A DNA stretch of 64,000 nucleotides from Octopus bimaculoides (Eukaryota), in the NCBI RefSeq assembly GCF_001194135.2, contig NC_069003.1, forward strand, positions 29,476,543 to 29,540,542, given 5' to 3'. The position numbers and the translations under genes were made by a program. The notes under the pieces are model-generated. The model had not been told where the DNA came from. It saw only the letters and a list, made by a program, of their open reading frames with translations, and did no database searches. Shown piece by piece: positions 25,950 through 39,814 of the stretch. Each line of letters opens with the position of its first letter. Position 1 is the stretch's first letter.

Positions 25950-27090
25950 CATTTTTTCGATACAGATTCATCTCTTCCTCATCTACCCGCACTAACCTTC
26001 ATTTGCTGTTTTAAACTCTGCTTCATATTACCATTCTATTCACATAGAAAGATTCAGGTAGTTTTGACAGATACGTTTATATTAATTGGGGCAGATATAT
26101 AGATGAAAAGGCATGGTTATAGTCTCAACTCCTTCAACATAATATATGGCTTATTTGTATCTGTCTTTCTCTCAGTTTAAACTACTTAGTTTCATAGGAG
26201 CGAGAGATGACCTTTTTCCAGCACTGGGAGTCTCTGATTCTAAGTCACAGGCCTCTAACAACTGATGTGTAAGAGGTTTGTCAATATTAGAATTGTTAGC
26301 GCAATCTGAGTATATACCAAAATGGTTTCTCCTATCAATTACCAGTAAGATTAATTCAGGCTTCACTTTTCATAAGGGTTTTCATGTGTTTGGCTCTTTC
26401 CGCCAGTGTTCTTTTTTCATCGACGTCTTGAATTTGGAATTCTTTTAAAGATTTTCTTGCCACTTTTGTCACAGAATATAATTATTCATTGTTTTCGTGC
26501 TATAAAATTCGTTTTAACATCCAGTCTTCAATTTTTTTTCAAATAAGAGTTTAGTATATCGTGGCATTTTTGTAACAATTGAAGTTGTAAGAGTCCACGA
26601 CCTCCTTCTATTCTTGCTAAATAGAGTCATTTTATATCTGCTTTGGGAAGGTGCAATCTAATTATTGTCAAAAACTGCCGACTTTTTCTATGTAGCCCGC
26701 GGATGTCAGCACTCTACCATTTATTTATATTGAAAGTATAGGTTACGACCTATACTTTATATTGAAAGTATAGGCTTAAATATCAATTGCTCCTATCCTG
26801 TTTCTTGGCTTTAGCTCTGACTTAAGTACCATTCTTATGATACGTTTCTCTTTTTGAGTGTTTCATTCCATCAACTTCTTATATTCACAAGTATTTATAA
26901 ACTTACTCTGATTCTAAATCTTTTATAGCAGTTTATTGATCAAGTTCAACATTCGGTGTTCTTGGTAGATTCCTTCAGATGACGGTAGCTTTTGTGCAGT
27001 TATCAAAACCAAATTCTATCCCAATGTCATCATTAAGCTGTTTTCCAACTAATGACAGGCCTTGTATTGACTGGTCATTTTTAAAATTAA
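25950..27090 (-). mobile_element. Decayed R4/Dong-like LINE, RT C-terminal region
   Basis: LNDDIGIEFGFDNCTKATVI, VYKYL and RLHLPKADIK*LYLARIEGGRGLLQLQ (cf. HPKADVDRLY+PR..GGRGL). Confidence 0.8.
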
Positions 27091-27914
27091 TTTATTATTA
27101 TATATTTTTTTTTTTTTGCGTAAACCTTTAAATAATCCTTTTAATCTTTTTTGATTTACACTTGGGTCTGCTTCCGACTGGCCCGGCTTGTAGAATCCGT
27201 ATGCTTTTCTTTTCAATGATAGTCTAATCAAACTAAATACTCGAGCTGTCAACAATGACGGAACTATTCTTGAAAAATATCCATGAAAGTGTCAAAGACA
27301 TCAAAACTGAAGTGGAAAAAATTTCATAGAAAAAGTCCAAAGAAGGGAAGACTGAAAAAGAAAATCGCCAACGCGCGCGTGCACACACACATCGGCAGTT
27401 TGCAATGATATTTTGTCGTTGTTGAATTAAATCAGAATCTATCAGCGTGTCATGTCATACAACATTGAAAAATGTTCCTTTTTTTGTAAGTGCACATGAC
27501 TCTTAAAAGTGATAGTTATTTGAAATCACTTATCTCTTATACAATATAATCTATTACCGCATCAACAAAACATTTTTATATCACTATCCAGTTACGACTA
27601 TTTCCATTTATATTTTGAATAAAAATCATGACAGAAAACTAATAATATTCTATCACTCTCTCTGTCTCTGTCTTTCTATCTATTTCTCTTTCAATAACAC
27701 TCTCTCCTGTTATCGAAGCATAGCACTGTAGAGGAACAGATCGATATATTTGTCTCAAAGCAATTTTCTTGTTCCTTGTGTGAACTTCTGCCAAACTACG
27801 ATGCAGATATTTGTGAACAAGTCGACAATAAAGGTGTAAAGATAATATGTATGGAGATAGTTACGAATATATATGTATAACAATATAAAATATGTATATT
27901 ATACATATATATTT

Positions 27915-28148
<234 letters not shown>

Positions 28149-28379
28149 ACCAACGAAATGAATCACACATTACAGATACAAACTCTAAGCGGAAGAGTAA
28201 AACTATGCCAGGCCTTTCACAGCTTTAAATTGTGATATTGTTTTCGTTATCTATTTTCCAACTATGGAATTTTGAATCTTTGTTACAAACCAGCTCTTTC
28301 TTCAGAGGAAGAATCTAAATGATTAAATACAGAAGAGACATACGTACATGCATACATACATACACCGGTGTGACCTAAG

Positions 28380-28880
28380 GTTGTAGCTAGGACATTGAAT
28401 AATGAGATCCGTCGAAAGGATAACCCTGAGGACAAAGAAATAAGAACCCACAGTATGGTAGAAGCCATAGCCTCTCATAATAAAAAGGAATGTTGGTGGA
28501 ATGACCCAGTGAAAACTTCAATAATATGTAAGCACAGTAGACCTTATATAATGATTTGTAATGGAGTACAGAAACTGTAGAGTTGTGAAAATTAGCTGCC
28601 CATCGGATGTTAACATAAAGCTGAAGATCAGTGACGTAGAGAATACCTAAGCTGAACAATTGAGAAATTTGCATATACTCCATCAAGATTTCAAGTTCAC
28701 ATTTATACCTGTAATTATTGAGGCACTGTGATATGTAACGCAGTGCCTAAATAGCAATCTTGAGAAATTAGGCTTCTGAAAACCAGAAAGGAAAAAGCTG
28801 ATTCGAAGACTATAGATCCTATCTATCACTGGAACTGTAAAAATCTGTAAAACTTTCCAAAAGTTATCTTGAGCATGTCT
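28380..28880 (+). mobile_element. Decayed R4/Dong-like LINE 3' end with RLE domain
   Basis: WWNDPVKTSIICKHSRPYIMI...SCPSDVNI...FIPVIIEAL...NLEKLGF*KPERKKLIRRL*ILSITGTVKICKTFQK. Confidence 0.8.
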
Positions 28881-29164
28881 AGATATGCAAGTGTATGCAT
28901 GAGATTAAATGCATAAAGCAAAACATACAAATCTGCTCGTATACATACATAGATACATATATAATACATACCCTGTTGATGTTGTTGAAATTCCAATGAA
29001 GAAGCCTTGGATCTAGGTTAGAAACCAGCTCTTTCTCTGTTGGCAAGAAATCTTGAAATAAAACTGAATAAAGACATACATACATGCATACATACATACA
29101 TACATATATACTTATATACATACATATACATGCATACTCTTCTACATTTGCATATTAATGCATA

Positions 29165-29216
<52 letters not shown>

Positions 29217-29969
29217 CAGTTATAAAGTTATAAAGGTGGCAGAGAGAAGAGGAAAGAGATAGAGAGACGACTACAAGATAGTGACAAAGTGGGAGAGTGA
29301 GGGAAACTTAAACGAATCTATTTACAGTCGTTTCATAGCGAAAGATTTTAGGAATCATTTTATCTTAAATTCAAACCGAATCAGTAATAGATACAGCAGA
29401 ATCGGATATGCTTCTATCCACATGCATTACTGTTACTATTATACATGATGAAATATATATCATATATGTGAGAGGGGTAAAGAAGCAGAAAGAATGCAGG
29501 CAGACTGACATGCAAACTGTATCAGCTATTGAACATACGGGTAAATTATGGTGGATGCATTTCAAAATTATGACTTTTGTTCACAATTAAACATAATAGC
29601 CATTAATGGCTACGACATATATGCTCTATACAATTATTCTGTTGCTTCGGCGACTGCTGTTAGCGTGGTTGCTTCTTACGTTGGCTTTAGAAAAACATTA
29701 TCCAAAACACCACAACAAACACTACAAAGACAGCAATAACATCTGCAGCTGCTGGTGTTACGTAAGAACCACCGATGGTTTAATAATACAATAATTAACA
29801 TACATTATGATGATGATAATAATGCTAATAATAAAGGTGGTGTTGGTGGTGGTGGTGGTAAGGTTAATATTCATATGCATACATGCGTTTGCTAAAATAT
29901 GTGTAGATTTATATATGCATGTACCTGCGAAGTAGAAAGAAAGAGAGAGAAAGGAAGAGTATTTTTGTA

Positions 29970-30025
29970 NNNNNNNNNNNNNNNNNNNNNNNNNNNNNNN
30001 NNNNNNNNNNNNNNNNNNNNNNNNN
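29970..30025. other. Assembly gap
   Basis: N-run. Confidence 1.
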
Positions 30026-30402
30026 ATATATATATATATATATAAGGATATATGAACACCTACGTACATCTGTTGAACAAACAGGCCCCCTCCAACTATA
30101 TATATGTACATGTGTGTCTGTGTGTCTGTGTGTGTGCATGTTATGTATTGTGTACGTGTGTATGTGTGTGTGTGTTTACATAGCCTCGATATTTTCTTTT
30201 GCACATAATTACTTCCATTGTCCATTTACATTAGCAAAGGCGCAAGCATGAACTCTGTACCCTTATCACTATCGCAACCGGTACCAAAAGCACGATCACT
30301 TCAACCACCATCATTACAATGCTCCTCCTCATCATCACCATCATCACAGTCATCTTGTGCGATAATCAATCAAGTCATATATACATACCTAAGTGTATGT
30401 AT

Positions 30403-30441
30403 ATAGATAGATAGATGGATAGATGGATAGATAGATAGATG

Positions 30442-30507
<66 letters not shown>

Positions 30508-30515
30508 GATATAGA
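30403..30515. repeat. (GATA)n microsatellite
   Basis: Direct reading. Confidence 0.95.
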
Positions 30516-30527
30516 TATTCTTTTATT

Positions 30528-30699
30528 ATTTTACTTGTTTCAGTCATTTGACTGCGACCATCCTGGGGAACCGCCTTTAGTCGAGAAAATCGACCCCAGA
30601 ACTTATTCTATCGGCATCTTTTGCCGAGCCACTAAGTTACGGGGACGTAAATACACCAGCATCGGTTGTCAAGCGATGTTGGTGGATACAGATGCACAA

Positions 30700-30700
<1 letters not shown>
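30528..30700 (-). mobile_element. SINE family B, 3' half
   Basis: tttacttgtttcagtcatttgactgcg...ttacggggacgtaaatacaccagcatcggttgtcaagcgatg. Confidence 0.85.
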
Positions 30701-30741
<41 letters not shown>

Positions 30742-33399
30742 ACACACACACACACGTATATATATATATATATATATTCCGATTTGGGATTTGACTTCCA
30801 AGATTCTTTATGGGAGTTCGTGTGTTGAAGCCTATTCTGTTACGTCTGGGGAGACACATTCTCTTTTAGTGCCTCGTGTAGCCTTACGATGTTGACTTTG
30901 CAGAATCGTTACCGCACCAGACAGACTGCTTAGCCTTATTTTGTCCGTCTACAGTTGCATGTTTTTGGTGTAGAATTCGTAAGTTAATGAAATAATAATC
31001 ACAATCTTTCAGTGTTTGACGGAGGATTGTGGAAGAATTTTACCATAGCACAAGAAAGGTAGCTGTGATTACATCTAAGGAATAGCATTTAGTTGAAGAC
31101 GATTAAAAAATGATAATTTAAATATGATATAATAGAGCAGTTACGCGTGGAGAATCACAATGCCATTTGTATTAAGAATAAAAATAATACAAAAAAGATG
31201 ACCCTTGTGCACTGAAAAGTTTATGTTAGAAGCACTAAATATCCATGTAATGTGCACTGGTAATCAAAGAAAGATAGAGTAGAAATTGTTCGCTTAACGT
31301 AATTCCCATATAATATTGGATATAATAGTTTGAATTGTGATATAAAAGGATTCCGATATGCATAATTGATTTGCTCACTATCAATAACTGAATATCTATT
31401 GATCAAATGAGTGAAGTAAAATGAAATGGATTTACATCGGGAGTGGAGATAATTAAATATTTCGGAGAGTGGTTAGAATATAACGTAATAGTTAAATGCC
31501 TGCCGGTAGAGAATCTTGGAGAATTATTAAAATGTGACTAACGTTTGTTAAAGACTTATTCATTAACATCTGTTCATTTAAAATTATAATATATAATAAT
31601 TTAATTATCAACACGCCTTGGGACAGTAAAAGCGATTCAAACATTTTTACAGTGATTTTGATAGCTTCACAAATATATTACAACAGCGACAGATCTTAAG
31701 ATGTTGTGCAAATTATATTTTGATTACTAATATACCAAGAGAAGCAATAGACATATCATTAGATGTGTATGATATCGTCAAGTAGCGTGATTGACTGAAG
31801 AAAAATCACTCTTCTATTTTCAATACCAACGATGTGGCAGCTTTAGTAAGATAACATTGTAGACGGCTTTGTATTTTCTTTAAAAATTGTCTTGAAAAAA
31901 AAAAACCAAAAAAAATATGAGAAATGTCTCGTGCGCTGAACCAGTGTCTGCTATTATATCTCTGTATGATGGACATAACTTTATTGAAGATGATGAAGAT
32001 ATTGATGAAGTTACGATTAATGATAGAGCTTCTTGACGTTCTGCGGTTTCCGAATACGAACCAGAAAGGATATTTTCAATTTATTTTCCCATATGAGAGT
32101 TCGAGTGATCTTGATCGTCAAACGATAAAGTAGAGTTTCTCGCCGTTGAAAGAAATACACTCGCGAGAAGAAAATGTAACTGTGAATTTCTGTTGAAAGC
32201 AAAATTTAAATTGTTTGCAATCGAATACACTTTGTTGTTGTCATCACAACATTAATGGCTATATTGGAAGTTCATCTAAGAAGTATATTATGAGAGAATG
32301 GGGAATTTATATATATATATATCACTCTAAGGTTGGTTGGAAAGCTGTCTTAATGCATAATGGAACTTTAAAACCATATGTCGCCATCCATCACTAACTC
32401 AGATTATTTCACTGTATCTTATGTTAACATATAAAGTATTGCTAATACCATTCAATACAATGATCACCAACGGAATTTTTATGAAGATCTTAAGTTGTTA
32501 CTATATTAATGGTAACGCAATGGGCATTCGCCCAAATCTTTCTATGACTTTGAAAATGTTAAGTTATCACAGAAATTTATGACAAAAGAAAATGACCTCA
32601 CAAGGTGATATATACCATTGGAATAAACAGTTTTCAATCAATTTTAACACTTACTCCGAAGAAAATTTTTTTTTATCAATTCTTCGTAGATAATATTTGT
32701 TACGAACATGACAAAAAAGTATTTCAATTTCTCTCAAAAATATTTGTAAAGTCGAGTGCTGCAATTTTCTTTTTAAAAGTCTAATATAGGAACACAATTC
32801 CAAAAAGTATCAAGAAATAAAGATTTCAGATGAAAATCACGAGGTAAAAGCTTGGCATACCTCCAAACACCTTCAAATGGATCTACACATTTCTTTAAAA
32901 TTTCAATTTTCCGTTCCGAAGGAGAGCTAGGAAACTGAGATTACTGCAATGAAGACGGGATGATAGACTGTTCTTGAATTTTGTATCGTAAGAGTGGATA
33001 TCACATTTACGAATAACTCATATTTATCACATTTCTTCATTGCTGCTATGCATTTACAATCCTTCCCTTTTACTCTTTCTTTCCCTATGCCTATGTATAC
33101 GTTTATAAATACGTACACATGTAACAAATCTATATGCAAATAAATGTTATCAACTTTGTGTATGACTGTACTATGTAGTCTTCAAAGATAATATTGGTTT
33201 TAAATTTTGGCTCGAGACCAACACTTTCAAAGAACGGGTAAATCGATTGCGTCAGCAGGTACTTATTTTATTGACTTGTGCGCTTACGCGAATACTATGG
33301 ACATTTTTACTCCCTTACCTTTACTCCCTCCCCTCACTTAACGGTCATTCTAATCGCTCTTTTATCTTAATAACGGTCAATCACACAGTAATTTCCCTT

Positions 33400-33531
33400 T
33401 GTTTAACGGTCATTTTCATAGAATTTTTTCGATGGCCAGATAACTGAAGAGATGGCGGCGTGGGTTTCCGCCCCGACATCCGAAACTCGGAGCTTTATCA
33501 TGGCTACCGAATAATTGTCACATATTAGATA

Positions 33532-33583
<52 letters not shown>

Positions 33584-34400
33584 TATAGATGCAAATAAAT
33601 GGGATGGAAGAGGCCGCTCAGTATTTGATGTTTTGTGAGTTGGACGCAAAAGTAGCTACAGGGGAAAAGACTTGTGAGTCGAGAAGATAGAAGACCGGCC
33701 ACTTCCGAGGAACAAAAATATATAATAGTGATTTTTAAAAAAAACACCTTAGAAAGAGTATGTCCATGGATCAGAAGCTGGAGCGTACTAGTGAGTGATT
33801 CGAAAACAATCATTTGTGTGGCACCCTCGTGAATGTACTAAAAATCAAGATATACATGAACTCACTGAATGCTACTCCCGAGGTTTCCTTTCATAGAATT
33901 AGTGTGGGTTTGATGTGTGTGTTGTCTACATTGCTTGCAGATGATGAAGCATTAGAAAGGGCTAAAGAAGGATATATTGTTGTATCATGTACATATAAGT
34001 AGGCATTGTTGGATGTAACCATTGTTGACGTAGAAGAGATCATGGTAAAAAAATTTAAAAAAAAGAAACGCGGTCGGGTCAACGCGGAAGTTGATTGAGT
34101 GGAGAACTGAAGGAGCTCCGTCTAAACGTTGTGTGATGCTGCATTCTCATAGAAAGCTACCTGTCCAAGTGATGAGAAATGAGAGATGAGAGATGGGTGG
34201 AACAAGTAGTCGGTAAGATACGATAGAAGATTCGCATGCTAGTCACGGCCAGCTGATTTATTGATGTCTGTAATAGCTACACAGTTTTACGGAAATACTT
34301 GAAAGCGAGATTCAAGTGATGAATGTCATTAGTTCGTTGGTCTCTCGTGTATCTAATTCTACGGAAGCCGTACTGGTGTTTGTTGTGTAAGTGGGTGAGA
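33400..34400. promoter_or_regulatory. CpG-enriched, promoter-like segment with candidate first exons
   Basis: YY1-like GATGGCGGCG at 33451, ETS-like ACTTCCG at 33701 and CGGAAGT at 34085, and donor-like GTGAGT (33634, 33674), GTAAGA (34213) and GTAAGT (about 34388). No repeat family recognised here. Confidence 0.3.
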
Positions 34401-34789
34401 CAGAGAGTGAGTGAAAGAGAGAGAGTTTCAATTTGCAGAAGAACATCATTGTTAATAGTTCTCTCTTTCTCTCTATTTTCTTCTGTCTTTCTCTCTCTTC
34501 TCCTCTCTTTTTCTCTCTCCACGTTACCTAAGCGATATAAAAATGTGTACATTAGGATGACAATTGACTGTGTTGAAGAGGTTTCCGTTCTTGGGAATGT
34601 TTCACATTCAAAAGTGTTTTCAAATATCATGGTATTTCTCAAGGAGAATGAGAAATTATAAAATCGTAAGAATACAATGTCTTTTTAAAAAATGCATTAT
34701 ATTTATATTCATTGCTAGATATGGATGTATTTCACTTACATGTAGTTTCGTCAACGAAAAATCATCTTGATATGTTAATTGTTTGAAGA

Positions 34790-35245
34790 TAGCGACCCTG
34801 GCAGATTCGTTAATTGGGCAAATTGCTTAGCATCATTTCATCAGTCTTTACGTTCTGAGTTCAAATGCTACCGAGATCGACTTTACTTTTCATCCTCTCG
34901 GGATCATAAAAGAAGAAACAGTTACGCACTGGCATCGAAGTAATCGACTCAGCCCCCACCCATCCCCACGAACTTGCTGACCGCGTGCCAAACTTTGAAA
35001 TCAATATTCTAATTGTCTGAAGGCGAAGACCTTGACAAATTTGTTAGCAAGTCGAGCAAAATTGCTTAGCGGCATTTTGTCCACCATTACGTTCCGAGTT
35101 CAAATTCCGTCGAGGTTGACTTTGCTTTTCATCCTTTCGGGGTCGAGAAATTAAGTACCAGTTGCACACAGGGTTCGATGTGATTGACATAGCCCCTACC
35201 CCAAAATTGCCAGCATTCTGCCAACATTTAAAACCAATGGTCTAA
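34790..35245 (+). mobile_element. Two head-to-tail SINE family A copies
   Basis: Copies at about 34790-35010 and 35022-35240, each with gttc(t/c)gagttcaaat and the ttttcatcct core. Confidence 0.8.
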
Positions 35246-35855
35246 TTGTCTACTATTAGTTATAGTAATACTAATAATTTTTAAGAAAGCCACACAACCA
35301 CGACATATTTCGACTGGATTTGAACGCAGTTCACTCCACTTTTATTGTGCATGTTCCATTTTATCCTCCAAACCACCCATTAAACATGTAAGAACTATTT
35401 ATTACTTAACCATACGACAAAAACAAGTTCATTGACACGGTTAATTCACTTATCACTAAAACAGATAATGTGAAATAATTATTGCACCTAGCATATCTTT
35501 TTGAGTTTCGAGAGAGTACTTTCACATATATATATATATGCAGCTATCGCAAATAACTGCCCGGACCCAACGCAAAATAAACTAAATTATATATGAACAG
35601 TGAATTCTCTTTTCCTTATTAGCAGTTTTCAAACTTGAAGTCTTTAAAAATCATGACAGCTGATACAAAATGTTATTGCCTTGTTTATTTGCGTATTTTA
35701 ACTGCGTATTTGGAAAATATTAAAATCCCGACGAATATTTCGGTCTCTCCTTCCCCTGATAAATTTTTAATTGATCGGGCTTTCGAGAAATCTGACTTAT
35801 GACAAATATGCGTTTCATCAAATAATTCGAAGCCCATGCAAACGGATATAAATGC

Positions 35856-35894
<39 letters not shown>

Positions 35895-36230
35895 NNNNNN
35901 NNNNNNNNNNNNNNNNNNNNNNNNNNNNNNNNNNNNNNNNNNNNNNNNNNNNNNNNNNNNNNNNNNNNNNNNNNNNNNNNNNNNNNNNNNNNNNNNNNNN
36001 NNNNNNNNNNNNNNNNNNNNNNNNNNNNNNNNNNNNNNNNNNNNNNNNNNNNNNNNNNNNNNNNNNNNNNNNNNNNNNNNNNNNNNNNNNNNNNNNNNNN
36101 NNNNNNNNNNNNNNNNNNNNNNNNNNNNNNNNNNNNNNNNNNNNNNNNNNNNNNNNNNNNNNNNNNNNNNNNNNNNNNNNNNNNNNNNNNNNNNNNNNNN
36201 NNNNNNNNNNNNNNNNNNNNNNNNNNNNNN
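35895..36230. other. Assembly gap
   Basis: N-run. Confidence 1.
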
Positions 36231-36268
36231 ATATATATGATATATATAATATAATATATATACATATA

Positions 36269-36303
<35 letters not shown>

Positions 36304-36371
36304 TGTATGTATGTATGTATGTATATATGTATGTATGTATGTATGTATGCATGCATGTATTTATATATGTA

Positions 36372-36492
36372 TCCGGCGGGTTTCCATCAGTTTACGTTTA
36401 CTAAATCAACTCACAAGGCTTAGATCCGCCCGAGGCTATAGCAGAAGACACTTGCCCGAAGTACCATGCAGTAGAACTGAACCTGAAACGCG
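36372..36492 (-). mobile_element. SINE family B, 5' half
   Basis: cccgaggctatagcagaagacacttgcccgaagtaccatgcagtagaactgaacc. Confidence 0.8.
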
Positions 36493-37081
36493 AATATCCT
36501 AGTGGGAATTATTGCTCTTTCAAGATAAAGCTCAAATTATGGCAGTGGCAAAAAACGACCGAGATTAAGACCTAAGTCAATCATTTGATTCTGAGTCAAA
36601 TTTCATAACCATAGAATCAGAAATATATCATATATCCTCTTTTATGGTTAATCAATTTCGAATCCTTCAGTCTATGAGTAAAAATAATGAAAGCAATATT
36701 ACCACCGAATATTTTGTTACGACATTTTTTTATTTCTATATTTTAAATAAAGAGTACGAGGCGTAATAGTCTCCCATAAAAATAACTCATTTCTTTGCAG
36801 CAATATAGGAAAATATAAATCCAGAAAATATATATCTGAAATCACATTGAGGTGTTAACCTGGAAAGGAAATGAAATAATTCATACAATCCTTTAAATTA
36901 ACATTGGTTGCAGGTATGGGATCACCATTTTAATATTTCATGTTTATAATATGCAAGAGAAAATACCTGCCATGAGGAGAACGTTACGAAAACGAATTAT
37001 TTAGATTTCTCTAACTCATGTAAAATATCAAATATTGGAAAAACAGTTTGCCCTCGTATCAATGCGAAATATCAATAATAC

Positions 37082-37117
<36 letters not shown>

Positions 37118-37563
37118 TATATATAGATATATATATATATATATAGATATATATGGATAAGGGAAATTATAGAAGGAACGCATCTAAGCAAACAATACCA
37201 ATTCCAAAGCATAATTTAAAACACACAACGAAATAAATAAACATATAAATTTATAAATAAGTGCCTAGATGTGTTCCATCTATAATTTCCCTTTACTTTC
37301 TGCGGAATGAAACGGACTCTTGATTGTTTCCCTCAAATAAATTTTTTACTGTTTCTAAATATGGTCGCAATGCCGGCTCGTTCACTTTTCTATTGAGGCG
37401 ACAACTGTTATTTTCATTTCTAAACCTAAGCGCACCACATTATTCATATATATTGTTCATTTCTCCTATGTTAAACTGTTCACATTCATTAACAATATCT
37501 TTGTTCAGCACTGGCCTATGTCTTCTCACACGCTTTCGGTGTATCTGATTCCTCCTTAAATTG

Positions 37564-37869
37564 TCAATTGGTGGTGGTGGTGGTGGTCGTCGTCGTCGTA
37601 GTGGTGGTGGTGGTGGTGGTATTTTCCTTGCACAGTTGGCTGCTGCTAGTTTTATTTCGTGCTTCCTTGATCGAATTCTCATTACTCCTGACATTTCCAC
37701 TGTGGTCGTTGTTGTTGCTGATGTCATTGCTGTTACTACTCCTCCTCCTGCTCCCACTATCTTTTATAACTAAAGTAGGTGGGGGCGAGTGACGGTGAAA
37801 GACAATTTCGCGTTCTACATCTCCCACTTCCTTCTCTTGTTGACTTGCCGAGAAAGACGACGACGCCAT
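37564..37869 (-). CDS. Possible low-complexity coding exon (MASSSFSASQQEKEVGDVEREIVF...), function unknown
   Basis: aatATGG context; upstream AG acceptor at about 37887 and GTAAGT donor at about 38046 would give a short 5' UTR intron. The ORF ends in a poly-Thr microsatellite; no homology recognised. Confidence 0.2.
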   Translation of the reverse strand: MASSSFSASQQEKEVGDVEREIVFHRHSPPPTLVIKDSGSRRRSSNSNDISNNNDHSGNVRSNENSIKEARNKTSSSQLCKENTTTTTTTTTTTTTTTTTN

Positions 37870-38725
37870 ATTAAATTTTGCAAATTCTGATAATTAATTT
37901 AATTTACGAGATTTTTGACCCGCGGGGCAAAACAAGAAGTACACTATTAATCAGATCAATATGGTCTAGATTAACTTAGTCACAAGTTATAGCAATAAAA
38001 TGTAACAATAACAATCTTTTTAAAGGTAAACAAGGAACACACTTACGAAGCTCCGAAATACACGTCCAGCTCTGGCGATAATAATAATAAAATTCTTATA
38101 TTAATCATTCTTTTATTAATCACAAGTGTTCTTATTTATTTATGTGTTTCAGCCAAGTGGCTGCGGTCATGCTTTTAATGATTAATATATACAAATTAAT
38201 CATTAAAAGCTCGTTGCTGGAATAGGCAAAACTAAATAAACGAGGAGATGCGTAAAGTTGTTATATAACGAACATATAGTAACACTTCGTGTTTATTCAG
38301 AGATCTGCAGTAAACAATATTCATAGAAATATATTCATAGTTGCTTGTCTTTCTATTTTTCTACCATTTACATCAAGTGAAATTCCATCATAATCATCAT
38401 CATCATCTGCTGTGACCGCGCAGCCATTAGCAGCACCAACACAACTACCACGACCACCACCGCTACCATCAGAATTAATAGTTATAGTTACTTCAAAACC
38501 ACCCACTACTATAACAATAAATGACAAGATACATTAAAGAGAACACACACTACAGAGCAATACGTGCTATCTTCGGTAGCACTGCTACATATCAAAGTGG
38601 CGTCAACCGATACTTTAGACATACTTTGTCACGTTCATTATAATTTACAGAAGACAGATTTTATATAATGCAATGCTATAAGTATATTTTGATAAAATCA
38701 ACAGTAGCAGTAACAACGAAAACAA

Positions 38726-38761
<36 letters not shown>

Positions 38762-38771
38762 AGAAAACAAT

Positions 38772-38814
38772 GTTGGCACTCCGTCGCTTACGACGTCGAG
38801 GGTTCCAGTTGATC
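38772..38814 (-). mobile_element. 3' terminus of a SINE (probably family C) running into the gap
   Basis: Reverse complement gatcaactggaaccctcgacgtcgtaagcgacggagtgccaa followed by a (TTG)n tail; family assignment is from recall of octopus repeats. Confidence 0.5.
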
Positions 38815-39814
38815 NNNNNNNNNNNNNNNNNNNNNNNNNNNNNNNNNNNNNNNNNNNNNNNNNNNNNNNNNNNNNNNNNNNNNNNNNNNNNNNNNNNNNN
38901 NNNNNNNNNNNNNNNNNNNNNNNNNNNNNNNNNNNNNNNNNNNNNNNNNNNNNNNNNNNNNNNNNNNNNNNNNNNNNNNNNNNNNNNNNNNNNNNNNNNN
39001 NNNNNNNNNNNNNNNNNNNNNNNNNNNNNNNNNNNNNNNNNNNNNNNNNNNNNNNNNNNNNNNNNNNNNNNNNNNNNNNNNNNNNNNNNNNNNNNNNNNN
39101 NNNNNNNNNNNNNNNNNNNNNNNNNNNNNNNNNNNNNNNNNNNNNNNNNNNNNNNNNNNNNNNNNNNNNNNNNNNNNNNNNNNNNNNNNNNNNNNNNNNN
39201 NNNNNNNNNNNNNNNNNNNNNNNNNNNNNNNNNNNNNNNNNNNNNNNNNNNNNNNNNNNNNNNNNNNNNNNNNNNNNNNNNNNNNNNNNNNNNNNNNNNN
39301 NNNNNNNNNNNNNNNNNNNNNNNNNNNNNNNNNNNNNNNNNNNNNNNNNNNNNNNNNNNNNNNNNNNNNNNNNNNNNNNNNNNNNNNNNNNNNNNNNNNN
39401 NNNNNNNNNNNNNNNNNNNNNNNNNNNNNNNNNNNNNNNNNNNNNNNNNNNNNNNNNNNNNNNNNNNNNNNNNNNNNNNNNNNNNNNNNNNNNNNNNNNN
39501 NNNNNNNNNNNNNNNNNNNNNNNNNNNNNNNNNNNNNNNNNNNNNNNNNNNNNNNNNNNNNNNNNNNNNNNNNNNNNNNNNNNNNNNNNNNNNNNNNNNN
39601 NNNNNNNNNNNNNNNNNNNNNNNNNNNNNNNNNNNNNNNNNNNNNNNNNNNNNNNNNNNNNNNNNNNNNNNNNNNNNNNNNNNNNNNNNNNNNNNNNNNN
39701 NNNNNNNNNNNNNNNNNNNNNNNNNNNNNNNNNNNNNNNNNNNNNNNNNNNNNNNNNNNNNNNNNNNNNNNNNNNNNNNNNNNNNNNNNNNNNNNNNNNN
39801 NNNNNNNNNNNNNN
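38815..39814. other. Assembly gap
   Basis: N-run of 1000. Confidence 1.

Noticed and set aside
31917-32202. Short ORFs on both strands (60-70 aa)
   Set aside because: No recognisable domain or consistent splice pair; length expected by chance.
34300-34390. Minus-strand QYGFRRIRYTRDQ, resembling an RT QxGFR motif
   Set aside because: Too short, with no flanking RT motifs.
34193-34633. MIC19/CHCHD3 assignment for MGGTSSR + MTIDCVEEVSVLG
   Set aside because: Only vague resemblance, a weak acceptor at about 34556 and no further exons found; no gene symbol justified.
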